Shown here: positions 44,205 to 64,000 of the stretch, piece after piece
How positions within the stretch are numbered: position 1 is the stretch's first letter
Layout: every line of letters starts with the position of its first letter
DNA from: the human T2T-CHM13v2.0 reference genome, Homo sapiens
DNA length: 64,000 nucleotides
Direction: 5' to 3' (one strand)
NCBI RefSeq assembly: GCF_009914755.1
Contig: NC_060925.1
The notes under the pieces: model-generated
The model's database searches: none
Told to the model about the DNA's origin: nothing
What the model saw: the letters and a program-made list of their open reading frames with translations, nothing else
Translations under genes and position numbers: made by a program

Positions 44205-45018
44205 GTGAGATGGGTGGCTTGGGGTGGGTGGTCTTGGGGAAGATTATGTAGAGGCCCAGGGAGGCAGACACAGGAGCAAGAGACAAGGGGGCCGGGGAGC
44301 TGCAGAGGCTGGGAGCCGGCCAGCCACCCCTGCCCAGGCAGCTCCCCGGGAAATGCTGATAACCAACCTGGTGGGATGGACCCTCATTGCCTCCCTGGAA
44401 GTATCAGGCCAGGCAGGCCTGAGCCTCAAAGACCCTGAACCCAGCTGGGGCTGGGGGAGAGGTTAGAGCAGGCAGACTCAAACCCAGTCTGCCTACCTGG
44501 GTCAGAGCTGAGTATGAGGCACAGGTGTCAACAGATCTGAAAGTGACAGGAGAGTAAGGTCTGAGGAATTTATATTTTGGGTACAGGAACCTGCTCCCCA
44601 AAATGTTCCCTGCCCAGAGCCAGGCAACGGTTTGGGCTTGGGCTATGAGAAGAGGGAAGGCAAAGGAGGAAAGACAGGAAAGACTTCCTGAGAGTAAGGC
44701 AAAAAAAGGCAAACCAGAGCTGTTGGTGAGAAGACAACAGAAGAAGCAGGATAGGGGAGACCTGGGCTCCTACCCATAGGGGACAGTGAGGTGACAGGCT
44801 GAGGCCTGGAAGGATGATGAAAGTGAGACCGTCTTAGGGCCCTTCCAGATAGGGAACCTTCTCTGCCCCAATGCCCCACCCCTGCCACCAATACACACGC
44901 TTCTGCTGCCTGGGGCTCTCCTATTGGTCCTCGGGGGGATGTGGTAAGAACTGCTCACCCAGAAAGTGCCCGGGTGCCTGTTTCCCCAGAGCTCCCTGGT
45001 GACAGTCTGTGGCTGAGC

Positions 45019-63455
<18,437 letters not shown>

Positions 63456-63534
63456 GTGAGTAAAGAGTTCCGGGACATCCCCCAGAGGACTAGAGCAGAG
63501 GATGCCCCCAGGTTGAGGAGGGAAACCCTTGAGT

Positions 63535-63700
63535 TCATTCACTTATTCATTCAACAACTGTTTACTGAGCACCTGCTATGTGCCTGGCATTCTGCTAGGT
63601 TCTGGAAATACAGCAGAGGAGCAAAACAGTCCACTCCCTACCCTTTCTGAGCTTCCTATGGTGGGGGAGGCAGACAGGGAGGTCTTTGGTGGCTTTATCA
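63535..63700 (-). mobile_element. L2 3' end
   Basis: ttcattcaacaactgtttactgagcacctgctatgtgcctggcattctgctagg. Confidence 0.75.
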
Positions 63701-64000
63701 AGAGCTGTGTGTCTTATGAGGGAAGCTATGTTAGAGGAATGAAAGGTGAGTGGGTGGAGGGGAGCTGGAAACCGCACATGTAGAGATCACTCCTTCAGGA
63801 AGCTCGTCTGTGAAGGGAGAGAGGAAGGAGGTGGTGGCTGGAGCACGGAGTGGGGCGCAGCTGGGGTTCTTGGTTTTGTTTTTTCCCCCTCCTTGCCCCC
63901 AGGGTTCTTGTTTTATAGACAGGAAGGACTAAGCATCTAGTAGACAGGGGGATGGCAAAGAGATGGGTAGAAGAAGGGATAAGTGGCAGGTAAAGTTGTG

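Noticed and set aside
44941-44989. Donor-like GTG|gtaaga just upstream of the first SEMA4A coding exon
   Set aside because: The implied 46-nt intron is below the usual human minimum

Overview
Human genomic DNA from chr1q22 with two + strand genes. (1) The complete coding locus of LMNA: CpG-island promoter near 5.1 kb and 12 exons from ATG 5368 to TAA 29554 (prelamin A, 664 aa, CSIM CaaX). Lamin C ends by read-through of exon 10 (stop 28212). Three phase-2 alternative first exons lie in intron 1, and the 3'UTR runs to about 30530. (2) The 5' part of SEMA4A: two candidate non-coding first exons and coding exons 2-11 (ATG 45019, truncated at the window end). All exon boundaries were read by hand; each is GT-AG and the joined frames are continuous. 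The remainder is very Alu-dense, with MIR, L2, L1-like and hAT DNA-transposon relics, and nearly all ORF-track entries are Alu or GC-rich artefacts. I see no unknown gene system, RNA gene or CRISPR array. The most interesting signals are regulatory. A latent intron inside LMNA exon 12 would in one step remove the CaaX Met/stop and both miR-9 seed sites. A hairpin masks the second miR-9 seed. The last base of exon 10 carries the T allele. AP-1 sites are enriched over the promoter and intron 1. An octamer/X-box module sits upstream of SEMA4A. SEMA4A intron 8 is a G-rich minisatellite with a hairpin abutting the branch point.
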